The notes beneath the pieces are model-generated. The model was not told the origin of the DNA and made no database searches. It worked only from the letters and a program-made list of their open reading frames with translations. A stretch of 64,000 nucleotides of DNA from Eledone cirrhosa (taxonomy: Eukaryota), in the NCBI GenBank assembly GCA_964016885.1, contig OZ024742.1, positions 223,138,001 to 223,202,000 of the forward strand, in the 5' to 3' direction. The position numbers and the translations under genes are program-made. Positions 1-14,181 of the stretch are shown here, piece after piece (the stretch's first letter is position 1; each line of letters begins with the position of its first letter).

Positions 1-3000
1 CTGCAACTCTCTTTAAAAGGTTACTGCCTCCGTCTACTACTCTATCACCATTACAGTTTAGAACGACAAAACTTCTTTTGAAGGAACGCGACACAAACTT
101 TGAAACCTAAGCAACACAACAACCATAGCTTTACTCTCTCCATCGCTCTTCCCTCTCTCTACAATAGATTATTCCCCCTCTCTATAATTTAACTGCTTTA
201 CTCTCTTCATGCTTCGAGGTTTAACACTAGCTTCACTCTATCCATCGCTCTTCTCTCTATATATATAATAGATCATTCCCCTTATTCGTTCGGGAACGCG
301 AAAAAAACTTTGATAACTAAGCAACACATCATTTTATACAACAAACAGTCATAACGACACTCATACATCAAATATCAAAATTTAAAAAGCCGATAACACT
401 AAATACATACTGCTCTCTCAATGTTACATTTTACACATTTACATTTTACATCAAATAACAATTTAACTGCTTTACTCTCTCTGTCGCTCTTCACTCCCTA
501 TATGACAACACTGCAGAGAGAGAAACAATGTATATGATCAAATGGAGCCTTCTGTATATTCCACTTCTCTATAATTTAACTGCTTTACTCTCTCTGTCGC
601 TCTTCACTCCCTATATGACAACACTGCAGTGGAGCATTCTGTATTGACATACGGATTATCTGGGGCATTTTCAATCGGCTTATTGCAAATAACAACCCGC
701 AAAATAACACTTCATATAACAGATTAATGCTATAGACATATGAATTGGAATGCAACCTGTGAACTTTTTCCTGGGCAAAATTATTCAAACAGACATGACC
801 TCATTGCCAGAGTGTTCAGACTGAAACTGGCTAAACTCATGGCTTTAATCAAAAAGGTCAGGTATTTGGAGCAGTAAAATGTGACATGTTCACCGTCGAA
901 TGGCAAAAACAAGGGCTGCCACATGCTCACATTTTGATTTGGTTAGCTGATAAAATCAATTCAAATGCCATAGACAGCTTCATTTCGGCTGAAATCCCTA
1001 ACCCAGCAACTGACAAGGAATTACATGACATCGTCAAAGGTAACATGATTCATGGTCTGTGTGCATTGAGTCTTAATGAGCATCACACGTGTCCGAAAGA
1101 GGGGGGGGGGGTAGTGCAGTAAGGGATACCCCCCAAAATTTGTTGACCAGACTCAGACTGGTGGCGACGGGTACCCCCTGTACAGGCGGAGATGGCCCGA
1201 GAACGGTGGCTTCACCACAACAGTAAGGGGAGGTCAAGTCGACAATAGATGGGTGGTCCCTTACTGCCCGCTTCTCTTGAAGATGTTCAACGCCCACATC
1301 AACGTTGAGTTTTGCAACTCCATCAAGTCGATAAAATACATATGCAAATAAGGGCTCTGATGCCGCAATGTTCGCATTTCAAGCTGAAAATAGCAGGGAC
1401 GAGGTCACAGAATACCTGGCGGGGCGGTACATCAGTAGCAATCAAGCTTTTTGGCGCCTATTTGGTTTACTCCTACACCAACGTCACCCCGCCATCGTAC
1501 AGCTTGCGGTACATTTGGAAAATGGGCAAAGGGTTTACTTTACGGACCAAACCGCCACCAAGTTGGCCGCTGATCCGAAAGAGACCACTCTGACGGGTTT
1601 CTTCAAACTTTGCCAGTTTGATACATTTGCGCAAACAATTGTGTACCCCCAGGTTCCATCCTACTTTATATGGCCGAAATCCACTTGGGTGCGAAAAAAG
1701 TCAGGTCAAGCTGCTGAAAGACATCCTGGTGTAAAATTTGACAGCTGTCTTGGAAGGGTTTACACTGTGCCCCCAAGTCAGCATGAGTGCTTTCATCTCC
1801 GCCTTCTTCTGCATGAAGTTGTAGGCCCACAAAGTTTTCAGGACCTCAAAACTGTTGATGGAGAAATAAGTGATACGTACCGGGAAGCCTGCTTTAAGCG
1901 TGGTTTTTTGGAAGATGATTCGCAATGGGATTCCACTTTAGCAGAGGGTGCTTTGTTGAAATCACCTAAAGGTCTACGGGAACTCTTTGCTATTTTGCTT
2001 CAAAAGTGTGAATTAGGTGATCCCAAATCTTTATGGGTCAAGTACAGAGACTTCATGTCTGAGGACTTCCTGTGCCTGGCTCATCTGCAGTATACTTCAG
2101 TGGAAGTTGGTTACAGCGACATTATCTACAACAGGGCACTCATTGATATCGAGGATACCCTCCTCGACATGGGTGGGAGTGAATTGGCGATGTATTGTTT
2201 GCCGTCAACCGTCAGAGAGGAAGCTAACACGTTGGCCCTGGATTTGTTGCGAGAAACAGCATATGACATCGAATCTCTTTCCCAATACTTAGAGGAAAAT
2301 GAGCCCAAACTTCTGTCGGACCAAAGGTTGGCCTATTTAATTATCATTGACGCGGTTCAAAATCAGACTGGGGGTATTTACTTTCTCGGTGCTCCTGGGG
2401 GTACCGGAAAAACTTATGTAACGAAATTGATTCTCGCTAAGATTCTTCAGGAGAAAAAAATTGCGTTGGCCGTTGCATCGTAAGGAATCGCTGCTACTTT
2501 GCTGCCGGGAGGCAGGACAGCACATTCAACCTTTAAACTCCCCTCGGATTTAGTAAAAACTGAGACACCAACATGCAATATCAGCAAGAGTTCACACGAA
2601 GCTCTGGTTCTCAAAAAATGTTGCCTCATTGTTTGGGATGAGTGCACAATGGCACACAAGAGTGCCCTTGAGGCATTGGACAGGTCCCTGAAAGACATTA
2701 GGGATTCTACGGCTCCTATGGGTGGCGTAACCCTTCTGCTATCATTTGATTTTTGGCAAACGCTGCCTGACATCCCCAAAGGAACAAGAGCTGATGAAAT
2801 GCGTGCATGTCTTAAGCCGTGCATGTTGTAGCTCCAGGTGAAGAGTTTGTACCCGAGCACAAATATGCGTGCTCATTTGCATGGTGACAACATGTCTGCA
2901 GCATTTGCTCAGAATATTTTAGCACTTGGTGAGGGCAAGGTCCCTGCGGATGACAAGGGCGGCATAGCAATCGACTCCCTGTGCAACATTGTGAGCAGCC

Positions 3001-3981
3001 CTTCTGACCTTTGGGAAGCAGTGTTTCCTAATGTCTCATCTAACTTTAAAAAGCTCGATTGGCTCAGCGAAAGAGCCATCCTTGCTCCGAAAAATACCAT
3101 GGTTAATTTTATTAACGAGCAGCTGATTTAGAAAATTCCCGGTAAAGAACACATCTTCAAATCTATCGACCGGACGTCAGACTCCGAAGATATCGTTAAT
3201 TATCCGGTTGAGTTATTAAATTCCCTTGAGCTTCCAGGGCTCCCACCTCACATTCTTAAGCTTAAGGTTGGCTGTCCCATTATGCTAATAAGGACCTTGC
3301 GTCCACCAAAGCAGTGCAACGGTACTCGCATGGTCATCAAGTCACTGACGCCCCACTTGATTGAGGCCACCATTGTAGCGGGGTGCGAGAGAGGGGAGAA
3401 TGTTTTCATTCCAAGGATGAACCTTTTCCCCTCGGCGTCAGATATCCTGTTCGATTTCCGGCGATCCCAATTTCCGGTGAGACCATGTTTTGCCATGTCC
3501 ATTAACAAGTCACAAGGGCAAACATTGTCGGTGGCGGGCATCCATTTGGGGGAGCCATGCTTCTCCCATGGCCAACTTTATGTTGCCTGTTCCTGCGTAG
3601 GGAGCAGGAATGGACTTTTTGCTTACACTCCTCAAGGGATGACACGCAATATCGTCTATAAAGAGGTGTTATAGATGTTGGTGCAGGTGTTGGAGGTATG
3701 CCATCTGGAAAACTGGTAGGGTCACCCATAGCGGACATATCTGACACCCAGCGGCATCAGGGCCACCATCTTGCAACTTTGGTCTACTAAATTTGCTATT
3801 GGAAGATTATTAACCCATCATTGATTGTCCAACATGCTAATTGGTTCATAACTATTAATAACCGGTTCAACTGCTTTATGCACTTAATTGATAAGCTTAT
3901 GCGCTTTCAAGCTACGTTTATCTGTTTGTAACTTTTCATAGCAAATGAACACACCTGAGCAACGCCGGGCTAAACTGCTAG
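1..3981 (+). mobile_element. Helitron, decayed; 5' end not seen in window
   Basis: Rep and Pif1-helicase coding remnants. Canonical 3' end: GC-rich hairpin cctgagcaacgccggg (3954-3969), then CTAG at 3978-3981 followed by host T. Short internal direct repeats in 1-630. Confidence 0.92.
790..3674 (+). pseudogene. Helitron Rep/Helicase (RepHel) pseudogene with stops and frameshifts
   Basis: RHDLIARVF (~792), HUH motif VEWQKQGLPHAHILIW (886-), KYICK remnant (~1335), Walker A GAPGGTGKT, Walker B IVWDECTM, QFPVRPCFAMSINKSQGQTL and FSHGQLYVACS. Split over ORFs 886-1122, 1368-2483, 2499-2831, 2838-3131 and 3282-3674. Confidence 0.95.
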
Positions 3982-4670
3982 TTATTTATATTTTAGTTTC
4001 TATTTTTCAAATTGCTGATCAAATCTATTGATTATTTATTTCTAATCAATAGCTATATTTTTTCATGGTTTGTTATATTCTTTTTCTTCATATGAATTCT
4101 TTTAAAAATTGATTCAGCAATATTGCTTTGGCTTGACAATACACTAATGAAATCTAATTATTCAGAAAGATTCTGCCATTATTGCATGTTGGAAATTTTA
4201 AATGGAAATCTTATTCAATTATCTCACATTTTCTAGATTTTATTTTTACTGAAACGTATTTATTTATTGTCATATTGTCTTGGAAATATTTTAATTTATC
4301 TTGTTAATAAAGAAGTAAATTGTTATAAGTATGTAATCTTTAATATCTTTGTTACCATATTTCCAACGATAGACACTGCCTATAATTTTGAAAATAATCA
4401 AGAATTTGGAAAGATTTAGTAATATAATTAACTTCTCATTATTAAGCTGGTGTTTGGAACATAATTTAACAAAGTTTCTTACATAAAGTTATGATGGAAG
4501 GTCTTTACTTTCATTACGACACTTCTGATAAAATATACTACCTAAAATTTTCATATTTAGTAATATAAAAAAATCTTCTCAATATTAAGCTGGGGTTTAG
4601 AATAAAACTTAATAAAAATTCTTAAATAAAATCTTAACAGAAGGTATTTAGATAACTATAAACACTTTAA

Positions 4671-4885
4671 CCCTTTAGCATTTAAACCAACTGTATCTGA
4701 CCAGAATTCTCTCACCTCTTTCTGTTCAAACCACCCATAACTGGCTGCTGATACTGGTATTGTTCTCAAAATAAATAACATCAAAATCTTGTAGATTCGA
4801 TATTATGTGAGGTAATTATATAAGATTATCCATTTATTTTTTACCATAAAAATACAATAGTATACATAATATAAATGCTAAAGGG
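4671..4885. mobile_element. piggyBac-type MITE family A, copy 1
   Basis: TTAA|ccctttagcattt ... aaatgctaaaggg|TTAA; ~215 bp; internal sequence shared with five other copies. Confidence 0.85.
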
Positions 4886-6844
4886 TTAAAATAAATAGTT
4901 TTGTATTGTATCAAAATGTTTGGTATCAAATGCGTTAAAAGTTAAAATTTGAAAAACCTCCAAATTATTCCACCAATAATAATAATAATGATTTCATTTA
5001 TATAATAACACCAGCTCAGGAATCTAGTTTACATTTTAATTTGCACATATTTTCCTCTTGTTAAATTCTTTATTTCTATTTCATTCTCTTTCTATCATTG
5101 CAGGTAAGATGTCAAATAATACTGCTGTTGCTGATGATTATGATGGTTCCAGAAGGTTAATATATAATTATACTTCTTGTTTTGTTGGTTTAGTGAAGGC
5201 CTGTTACCTAGTGGTTAGGGTGTTGAATTCACAATTATAAGGTTGTGAGTTTGATTCCTTGACTGGACAGCTTGTGTTTTTTAGTAAAATACTTTATTCT
5301 ATGATGCTCTTTCTGCCATAGATTGCGACTGACATATAGTATCAGTAATGGAAAGACCAACTGAAACATTTTGTCTTTGGTCTGATCTGACTATCAGCTC
5401 TTTTCTTTTTCTTTTATTTGTTGTTTTATCTGACAATTTTTATACATAGAACCAAGAGTTATTTCAGGCAGTTTAGTACTTAAAAGACCTAATTCTTTCA
5501 TTGCCATACTTTCTAATGAAAGACTCTACTTATGATTTCCAAATAATTTAAAAATATTCAAGAATTTGGAGGGATTTAATAATATAACTTTCTCATAATA
5601 AAGCTGATGCTTGGAACATTAAGGTTCTTATATAAAATCATGTTGAAAGGATTGGCAGAATTTAGTAATATAACTAAGTTTGTGATTATTAAACTGGTGT
5701 TTGGAACATAACTTAACAAGGCTATTATATAACAGTATGAAAGGTGAACAGCCAAGAAAAGAGGGAGGTAGTAAACAAGATTGAATAGTGAGGAGCTAAG
5801 AAAGACGAGGGAGTAGCAAGATAGAATAGTGAGATCAGACTAGCAAGGAGTGAGTCTGTACACAAGATAGTGATGTAGAGCCAACAAAGGAAGAGGGAGG
5901 GAAAAGACAAGATGGAATGATGAGAAGCTAGGCTAGAGGGAGGGTGTAGGCAAAATGGAATGGTATGGACCTAGCCAAAAAAGAGAGAGGGTGTAGGCAT
6001 GGTGGATTGGTGAGGTGCCCATAAAAGAGGGAGAAAGTAGACAAGAGGGAATGGTAAAGAGATGAGCTGAGAAATAGTGTGAGGGAGGGAGTAGACAAGA
6101 TAGAATAGTGAGGAGATGAGACAATATGGAGGGAGGGAGTATACAAGATGCAATGGTAAGGAGACCAGACATGCTGTCTCTATGATTGGAACAATATTTA
6201 CTCACAGAATAACAATAATAAAGATTTTACAACTAAAACAAAAAAAATATTGGTTGTTATGAACCTCGGTTACATAATAAACACCGAATTTCATTGCCAA
6301 CTTTTCAACACAGTTTTGGAATTAAAGACACTGACAATTATAGATTACTAGTAAATTCTGGTTTACACAGCAACCTGCAAATATACTGATGACCAAGAAA
6401 TAAAATTTGGACATTATTTGTCAACAACATCATCATCATCATCACCGTTTTATGTCTGTTTTCCATGTTGGCATGGGTTGTTACAAACCAAATTAATACT
6501 TTATTGGAGCTACTGTCTTCCTAGATGGGTCAGGAGATTGTGTCTTACTTAGTATGCTCCATTGTAGCATGATTTCTACAGCTGGCTTCCCTTCTTAATG
6601 TCGATCACTTTAGAGAGTGTATTGGGTGCCATAATGAAATGTACTTAATCATCATCATCATCATTTTATGTCCATTCTTCTATGCTAACTCTAACCCTTG
6701 GAAGAATGGACGTAAAATGGTGGTGATGTTGATGATGATTGGGTGCATTTTATTATGGCACCAGCACTAGGGAGATTATCGTGTTGTTGACATAACTGAA
6801 GAGCCTTTTCTACTTTATTGTCAGTATCAATAGAGTTTGAATGA

Positions 6845-7210
6845 AATGCTTTGTGGTGTTTAGTTGCGACTTTCTATGTTCCGAGTTTAAATTCTGCTGA
6901 GGTCAACTTTGCCTTTCATCCTTACAGGGGTCAATAAAATAAAGTACCAGTAATGCACTGGGGTCAATTCAATCGACTTTCTTCTCCCTCAAATTTGCTG
7001 GCCCTTGAGCCAAAATCAGAAACTATTATTGCTTTGCAATATTTGTTACAATTCTTTACATTCTGAGTTCAAATCCTGCCATGGTCAACTTTGTCTAACA
7101 TTCTTCTAGGAGTTGATAAAATGAAGTACCAGTGAAGTACTGAGGTTGATTTCATTGGCATTTCCTCACCCTCCCTTAAATTACTGGCTATGTGCTTAAA
7201 GTAGAAATCA
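6845..7210 (+). mobile_element. Two tandem tRNA-type SINE copies
   Basis: B-box-like gagttcaaatcc followed by the shared body gtcaactttgcctttcatcc...gataaaataaagtaccag, seen many times in the window. Confidence 0.7.
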
Positions 7211-8714
7211 TTGTTGTTGGGTTGTCAATAGGATGAGATAAATTGTCATCATCCAACATCTGATTTCCATGTTGGTATGGGTTGGACATTTCATCATAGT
7301 TCAAGTCAGTACTTATTTTAGAGTTACTGTCTTCCTATACAGGCCAGAGGATCACATCTCACTCTTACATTCCATTTTTGGCATGGTTTCTACAGCTGGA
7401 CACTCTTCCTAATACCAACCATTTTACAGAGTTTGCTGGGTGTATTTTAACATGACATTAACATTAGAGAGGCTGTTCTGTCCTCAGTCAGATTAAAGGG
7501 TCCTCTCAACCCTCAAATGGAAAAATGATATTGACAGCTCTCACTTATGCAGTCTGTCTTTTAATGAAAGAGGCCCCAGTCTTATCACGAAAAGCAACAT
7601 GATATAAAGTACTTTATTCAAGAATGCCACACACCACCTGGTCCAGGAATTGAACTCACAACATTATGATTATGAGTCCACCTCTTCAACCACTAGGCCA
7701 CATTCTGTGCTTAGATTCTGGCAAAGTAGACTTTGTTTTAGAACCTTCTGGTAGATAGAACAAATAACAGTAAAATACTGGAGCTGATATAATCAATTCT
7801 AGTCCTTCCTCTAAAATATGTGTCTGTGTGCCTGATTGAAAGATCAAGTACCAGTGAGATACTGGTGTCGATATAATTAATTATAGCACCTCTCCACAAA
7901 ATATGTGGTTATGTGCCTGATAGATAGAAATAGTAATATACTGGGGTTGATATAATCCACAACAGTCTTTCTCCCTGAAATATATGACCCATGACCTAAA
8001 TTGAATGGAAGCAAAAGTATACGTAACTTCACCCGGAAAGGAGTTGACAAATAAAGTACCATTGGGGTGGGCTGGATGGCTTGTAGTTGACAAATAAAAC
8101 ATCAACGAGGTGGACTGGATGGTTTGTAGTACCTGTTCCAGTCTGTATTGTTGAAATCCCACTAAGTATAACTGTGCCTTTTATCATTTCAAGATTGATG
8201 AAATAAAGTAGCAGTTTCAAGTAGTAGATTGGTGGAATTGTTAGAGTATTGGACATGGTATGGTGGCTTGTAACTATTTCAACTTTGTGTGTTCTGAGTT
8301 CAAATCTTGCTTCCTGTCTCCAATAAAATAGTGTCATGCACTAGGGTCTCAATTACTAAAATATCTAGGAAACCTCCTATGAGATAGGACTAGGGGGGCC
8401 CCTATCATAAAATAACATACGGGAAACCTTCCCCGAGATAGGACTGGAGCCCCTAACATTAAAATATCCAAGAAACCTCTTATGAGATATGATTGGGGTC
8501 CCTATGTAAGAAACCTCCCATGATGTAGGACTGGATCTCCTATCATGAAAATATCCAAGAAACCTCCTCTGAGATGTAACCTTATAGGACACCATCTAAA
8601 CTAAAGTCGGTATAAGCAGGAACACCAACTTCTAGGAGATAACAATCTAAATATTTCATCACCACTATTATCATCATCACAACTACCACCACTGTCATAA
8701 ACACTACATTATCA

Positions 8715-8892
8715 CAATCATTATAAGGTCGGACGCCATGCTTTGACGCATTGAATAACGGCCCTTGCCATTCTGAGTTCAAATCCCGCCTAGGTTAACT
8801 TTGCCTTTCATCCTTACAGGGTCGATAAAATAATGTACCAGTAATACACTGGGGTAATAGCTGGCCTTGTGCCAAAAGTAGAAACAATTATC
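8715..8892 (+). mobile_element. tRNA-type SINE
   Basis: ctgagttcaaatcccgcc...ttaactttgcctttcatcc...ggccttgtgccaaaagtagaaacaatta; same family as 22185, 46250 and 55470-57270. Confidence 0.75.
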
Positions 8893-9630
8893 TTTATCAT
8901 CATCATCACTATCACCATCCTTACCAGCATTATCATCATCATTATCACCACCACCACTATCATCTTTACCATCATAGTCATCATCATTATCCTTACCATC
9001 ATTATCGCCATCATCACCATCATTCTTATCATTAACACCACCACCACCACCACAACCGCTATCATTGCTGATAATGAAACCTAATTCTTTCTATTTTTAA
9101 ATCCATTAAAATTCCCTCTGGCTTAGGAAACAGGATATTTTACAACAATATATCTGATAAGAGAAGATATTACATCAATTTGCTATTAAATACCAATACT
9201 TATTTTTTTTTTATTTTATGTAGGTTAATTTTATTGTATGTAGCATTATTTTAACATATTCCTAAGGCAAGACACTGCTTATGATTTGCAAATCCTTTTG
9301 AAAATAATCAAACATTTGGAGGGATTTAAAAATATAACAAACATTCTCATTATTAAGCTGGTGTTTGAAGCCGAATTTAACACAAGGTTCTTAAATATAA
9401 ATACTATGGAAGGTTTTAGATAACTATAAACACTTTAAAGCTAGCAGTTTTGTATCATTGATGTTGGTGGTGGTGATGATGATGATGATAGTAATGATGA
9501 TGATAGTAGTGATGATGATGATGTTTCAAATTTAATCCTGTTCTTTCCCCAGCAATATCCTTACTGATAGGATTGTCTCAGTTTATCAAATTCATGAATT
9601 ATTGAAACACTTGTCTGATTTGTGGTTCTG

Positions 9631-9705
<75 letters not shown>

Positions 9706-9810
9706 CCACATACACACATCTTTACCTTCACACAGACACACACACATGTCCACATACACACATCTTTACACAAGTGTACAAACACACACCCACTCAAAAA
9801 CACACACTAG

Positions 9811-9843
<33 letters not shown>

Positions 9844-10312
9844 TCATACACAGTTAAAAAGGTCCTCATATAAAATTATTTCGGAAGATTTTAATTTAAA
9901 TAGGAATTCTTTAAATTGGTTTTGTGAGTTTGATTTCTGGACTGGACAGCTCATGTTTTTGAGCAAGATACTTTATTCTATGATGCTCTTTCTGCCAGAA
10001 GTTGCGACTGACAGATCGTATCAGCAATGGAAAGTGGTTTTTGTAGAAGAACCATAGAACCAGAGCTGGTTTTGCTTCTTTTGGTATGAAAAGGGTTATT
10101 AAAACTGTTTTTTGCACCATGGCAGCAAAGAGGCTCCTAGAAGTTGTTTCATCTATGTTGATATGAACCCAACTGTAACTGTTCTTGGTTTTATGAAACA
10201 AGGCTGTTTTTTAAAAAAAATAATCATATTTATCTAAAAGACTTCCATCATAATTTTATGTAAAAAATGTTGTTTCAAACACCAGCTCAATAATAAGAAA
10301 GTTAGTTACCAT

Positions 10313-10793
10313 ATCATCATCATCATCATCCATTTTACGTCCGCTTTTCCCTGCTTGCAAGGGTTGGACGGGTCCTATTCAGCACAGCATCTCTCCACTT
10401 GTCATGGTCCTTCGTCATCTCCTCAGTTAGTTTCAGTGATCTGAGGTCTGCTCTCACCCCCCCCCCCCCTGTTTTACGTGGTCTACCTCTTCTGCGTCTT
10501 TCTTCTACTGGGATTTCTTGGCACTTCTTTACTCAGAGGTCATCCTCCATGCGCATCACATGTCCATACCATCTCAGCCTTCTCTCCTGCACACCACAAC
10601 TTATCCCTCTTATACCCAGTTTCTTTCTCAACTCGTCCATGCTTGGTCGTTCATGCACATTGACATTGCACATCCAACGGAGCGTGCTTGATTCATTTTT
10701 CTCCAGCCATCGCATATCCTCTGCAGTTGCTGCCCATGTCTCACTACCATGCAGCATCACGCATATCACACAGGCATCATATAACCGTCCTTT
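10313..10793 (-). mobile_element. RTE-clade LINE 3' fragment
   Basis: Minus-strand KGRLYDAC..MLHGSETWA..LRWMCNV..RRLRWYGHVMRM, matching the C-terminus of the 52599-54800 ORF; (CAT)n tail at ~10313. Confidence 0.85.
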
Positions 10794-11009
10794 CGAATAT
10801 GTCGATCCAAATATAAACTGGACGCCCACCCCCTTATGTCTGAGAAATGAGCAAAAAAGCTGAGGCAGCTCATCAGCACATGTTTAGATGGCAAATATAA
10901 GCTGACCCCCTCACCATTTTACCATTGATTTTTTTTTGGTCACATATTTCTCGCCTTATATTCGAGAGTATATATGTTATATTACTAAATCCCTCCATCA
11001 ACATCATTA

Positions 11010-11285
11010 TTGTTTAACATCCATCTTTCACGCTAGCATGGGTTAGACGGGAATTGTCCCACCTGAGGCAAGATTGATTGGACTGTATCTGGCAGGTTTT
11101 CTACGGCCCTTCCTAACACGTGGGGATTGGGTGCTTTTTTGTTGTGACACCTACGCCACCTCTTTAGTTTGGACTGGATGTTGTGGTACCAACATAACTT
11201 TACAGAGAAAGGGTGGTGTAGGTGGGAGTGGGAGGATGGAGTAGGGGTAGTGGGTTGGAGTGTATATTTGGTTAAGAGGTGCCTA
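11010..11285 (-). mobile_element. RTE LINE 3' UTR fragment
   Basis: Colinear, with deletions, with the 3' UTR at 52097-52435. Confidence 0.75.
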
Positions 11286-11534
11286 TTCTTGAATACTTTC
11301 AAAAGGATTTGAAAATAATAGGCAGCTCCCCACCATCTCTCATATATATAAATGAAAGATTGGGAGATACTACTGAGTTTATTAAATATCCAAGTATTTA
11401 TTCTTTTTCCTTTTCCTTTCCTTTTTCTCCCCTCTCTTTTCCTGTGTCTGTTTAGTAGGAAAAGGAAGTTTATGCATGGAATACTAGTTCAACTGGAGAG
11501 TTACCAAGTCTAAAATTAGTAAACATCATCTATG

Positions 11535-11566
<32 letters not shown>

Positions 11567-11694
11567 TGATTAATTAATTGATTTATCTATTTATTTAGTC
11601 TTTTAGTTTTGTTTGTGTCTTTTATTGTATTTTATTTATTTTCATTTTGCTTTTCACTTTTTTTTTCTCTTCAGTTTCTACTGTAAAGGTTTAT

Positions 11695-11956
11695 TTCTCA
11701 CCCTTTCACTCTCTCCTCTTTCTTCTTTTCTCTCTCCTTTTTCTCCCTTTCTCTCTCCTCTTTCTCCCTTTCTCTCTCTCTCTCTCCTCTTTCTTCCTTT
11801 CTCTCTCTCTCCTCTTTCTTCCTTTCTCTCTCTCTCCTCTTTCTCCCTTTCACTCTCTCTTATTTTTTCCTTTCTCTCTCTCTCCTCTTTCTCCCTTTCT
11901 CTCTCTCTCCTCTTTCTCCCTTTCACTCTCTCTTCTCTTTCTTCCTTTCTCTCTCT
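11695..11956. repeat. CT-rich polypyrimidine low-complexity tract
   Basis: Almost only C/T. Confidence 0.9.
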
Positions 11957-12264
11957 AACAAGAATCCAATTAAATTAAGTTGTCATCAAAAGTTGACTAA
12001 TTTTCATGTTGGAGGGAAGATAGGGAGGGAGAGAGAGATGAATATAAAGATGAAGATACACACAAATATATACTGTGAGACCCCCCCTCCCTCCGATAGG
12101 TCAGTAGCTCCAATTAAATACTGACTTGGTCTGTGACCTGTCCAACCCTAGCTAACGGGGAGGAGTATTGTGTTAAATAATGATAATGATATATCTCTCT
12201 TTCTATATATATATATAAAGAGAGAGAGAAACAGAAAGATAGCAATAGTTGGGTAGGTTATATA

Positions 12265-13120
12265 CAGGGTGCGGACGATATTTGTTCGCAAGATTACTGT
12301 CTAGGAAAAAATAACATAGTGGTTATATTTTTTTAAGATATATTTATCAAACTTCTGTCAGTTTGTCTTCATGACTTGTTCTTTCGATCTCACTCGATAA
12401 ACCCGGCATTGGCTTTGATGATGGCCTCAAGGCGGCCTCGGAACCGGCTACAGGCCTTCGTCACTGTCTCCCGACTTAGGCCCCTAAAGGCACTTGTGAT
12501 CCTGGCCTTCAGATCGTCTTTCGTATTGCAGCTAGATCTGTTGGTGTCTTATTCCACTGCGCCCCTCACAAAGAAGTCGAGGAGGTTGCAGTCAAGCGAG
12601 CTGGTGGGCCAGATGTCAGGTGAAGTGTGGTCGACGAAGTTATCTGACAGCCAGGCTTGGGTCTTTCGGCTGGTATGGCAGGGCACTGAGTCTTGCTGCC
12701 ACGACCTACTTGCAACTACCTGGTCAATCCAGGGCTTTACTACCTCGCTCAGAACGCGGATGTAGCCATCAGTGTTCAGCTTGAGGCCCTTAGGGAAGAA
12801 GTGAGGTGGCACGACGTCACCTTGACTGCTGACGACACCTAAGACCAATGTTGTCGCTGGAAACTTTGTCTGCATGATTCTGGACACGTCTTTGGATGAG
12901 ACACCATTCTCCTGCTGACGTTGAGAAAGTCTGAAATTTCCTTATTTGTCCTCCCGGCGCGGATTCCAAGAAGAACAAAATTATTCATAATCAATTATTC
13001 TGAAAATAAATAATGGAAATAAAGTCACTGTTTTTATGAAGACAAGAGTGACAACGGAAGTAAAAAAATTTGCATAAAATTAGCAGTTGAAAATTGCGAA
13101 CAAATATCGTCCACACCCTG
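12265..13120 (-). mobile_element. Tc1/mariner element, DD37D (maT) type, internally deleted (856 bp)
   Basis: 27-bp TIRs cagggtg(c/t)ggacgatatttgttcgcaa at 12265-12291 and 13094-13120, each flanked by TA; transposase C-terminal half on the minus strand. Confidence 0.93.
12400..12900 (-). pseudogene. DD37D transposase C-terminal fragment
   Basis: WQQDSVPCH...WPTSSLDCNLLDF, with 37 residues between the second and third catalytic Asp; premature stop at 12549; N-terminal HTH and first Asp missing. Confidence 0.88.
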
Positions 13121-13122
13121 TA

Positions 13123-13142
13123 TTTATATATATGTATGTATA

Positions 13143-13215
<73 letters not shown>

Positions 13216-13538
13216 ATATATATGTATATATATATATGTATGTATATATATATGTATGTATATATATATGTATGTATATATATATGTATGTATATATATA
13301 TGTATGTATATATATATGTATGTATATATATATGTATGTATATATATATGTATATATATATATATGTATGTATATATATATGTATATATATATATATGTA
13401 TGTATATATATATGTATGTATATATATATGTATGTATATATATATGTATATATATATGTATGTATATATATATGTATGTATATATATATGTATGTATATA
13501 TATATGTATGTATATATATGTATATATATATATATATA
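13123..13538. repeat. (TA)n/(TATG)n microsatellite
   Basis: Direct reading. Confidence 0.95.
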
Positions 13539-13966
13539 TCACTGGACCGAGACCTTTGGCGGTACTCAGTAACAGAGAAGACCCGCCTTGCCAGTAGGCA
13601 TCTCTAACAAAATACACCCCGTCCCACCACCACCACCCCCACCCCATCCACACCACCCCGTCCTATGTAAAGTTATGTTGGTGCCGCGCCATCCGGGCCG
13701 AAACAAATGAGATCGTGTAGGTGTCACGACAAAAAAACACACAGTCCACGCTGTAATGTGGCCGTGTAGGCAACACGGTAAAAACCTCCCAGACCCACAC
13801 TGTAAATGTGGTTGGTGTTAGGAAGGGCATCCAACTGTAGAAAACCTGCCAGACAGTCCTATGCGAGCAAGACAATCACTCTTGCCTCAAGTGGGACTAC
13901 CCCCGTCCAAACCCATGCAAGCGTGGAACACGGACGTTAAACGTTGATGATGATGATGATGATGAT
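13539..13966 (+). mobile_element. RTE LINE 3' UTR copy with (GAT)n tail, inserted in (TA)n
   Basis: Reverse complement of 52082-52516. Confidence 0.85.
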
Positions 13967-13981
13967 ATATATATATATGTC

Positions 13982-14022
<41 letters not shown>

Positions 14023-14029
14023 TATATAT

Positions 14030-14060
<31 letters not shown>

Positions 14061-14181
14061 GTATGTATATATATATATGTATATATATATATATGTATGT
14101 ATATATATATATGTATGTATATATATATATATGTATGTATATATGTATGTATATATATATGTAAGTATATATATATATGTA

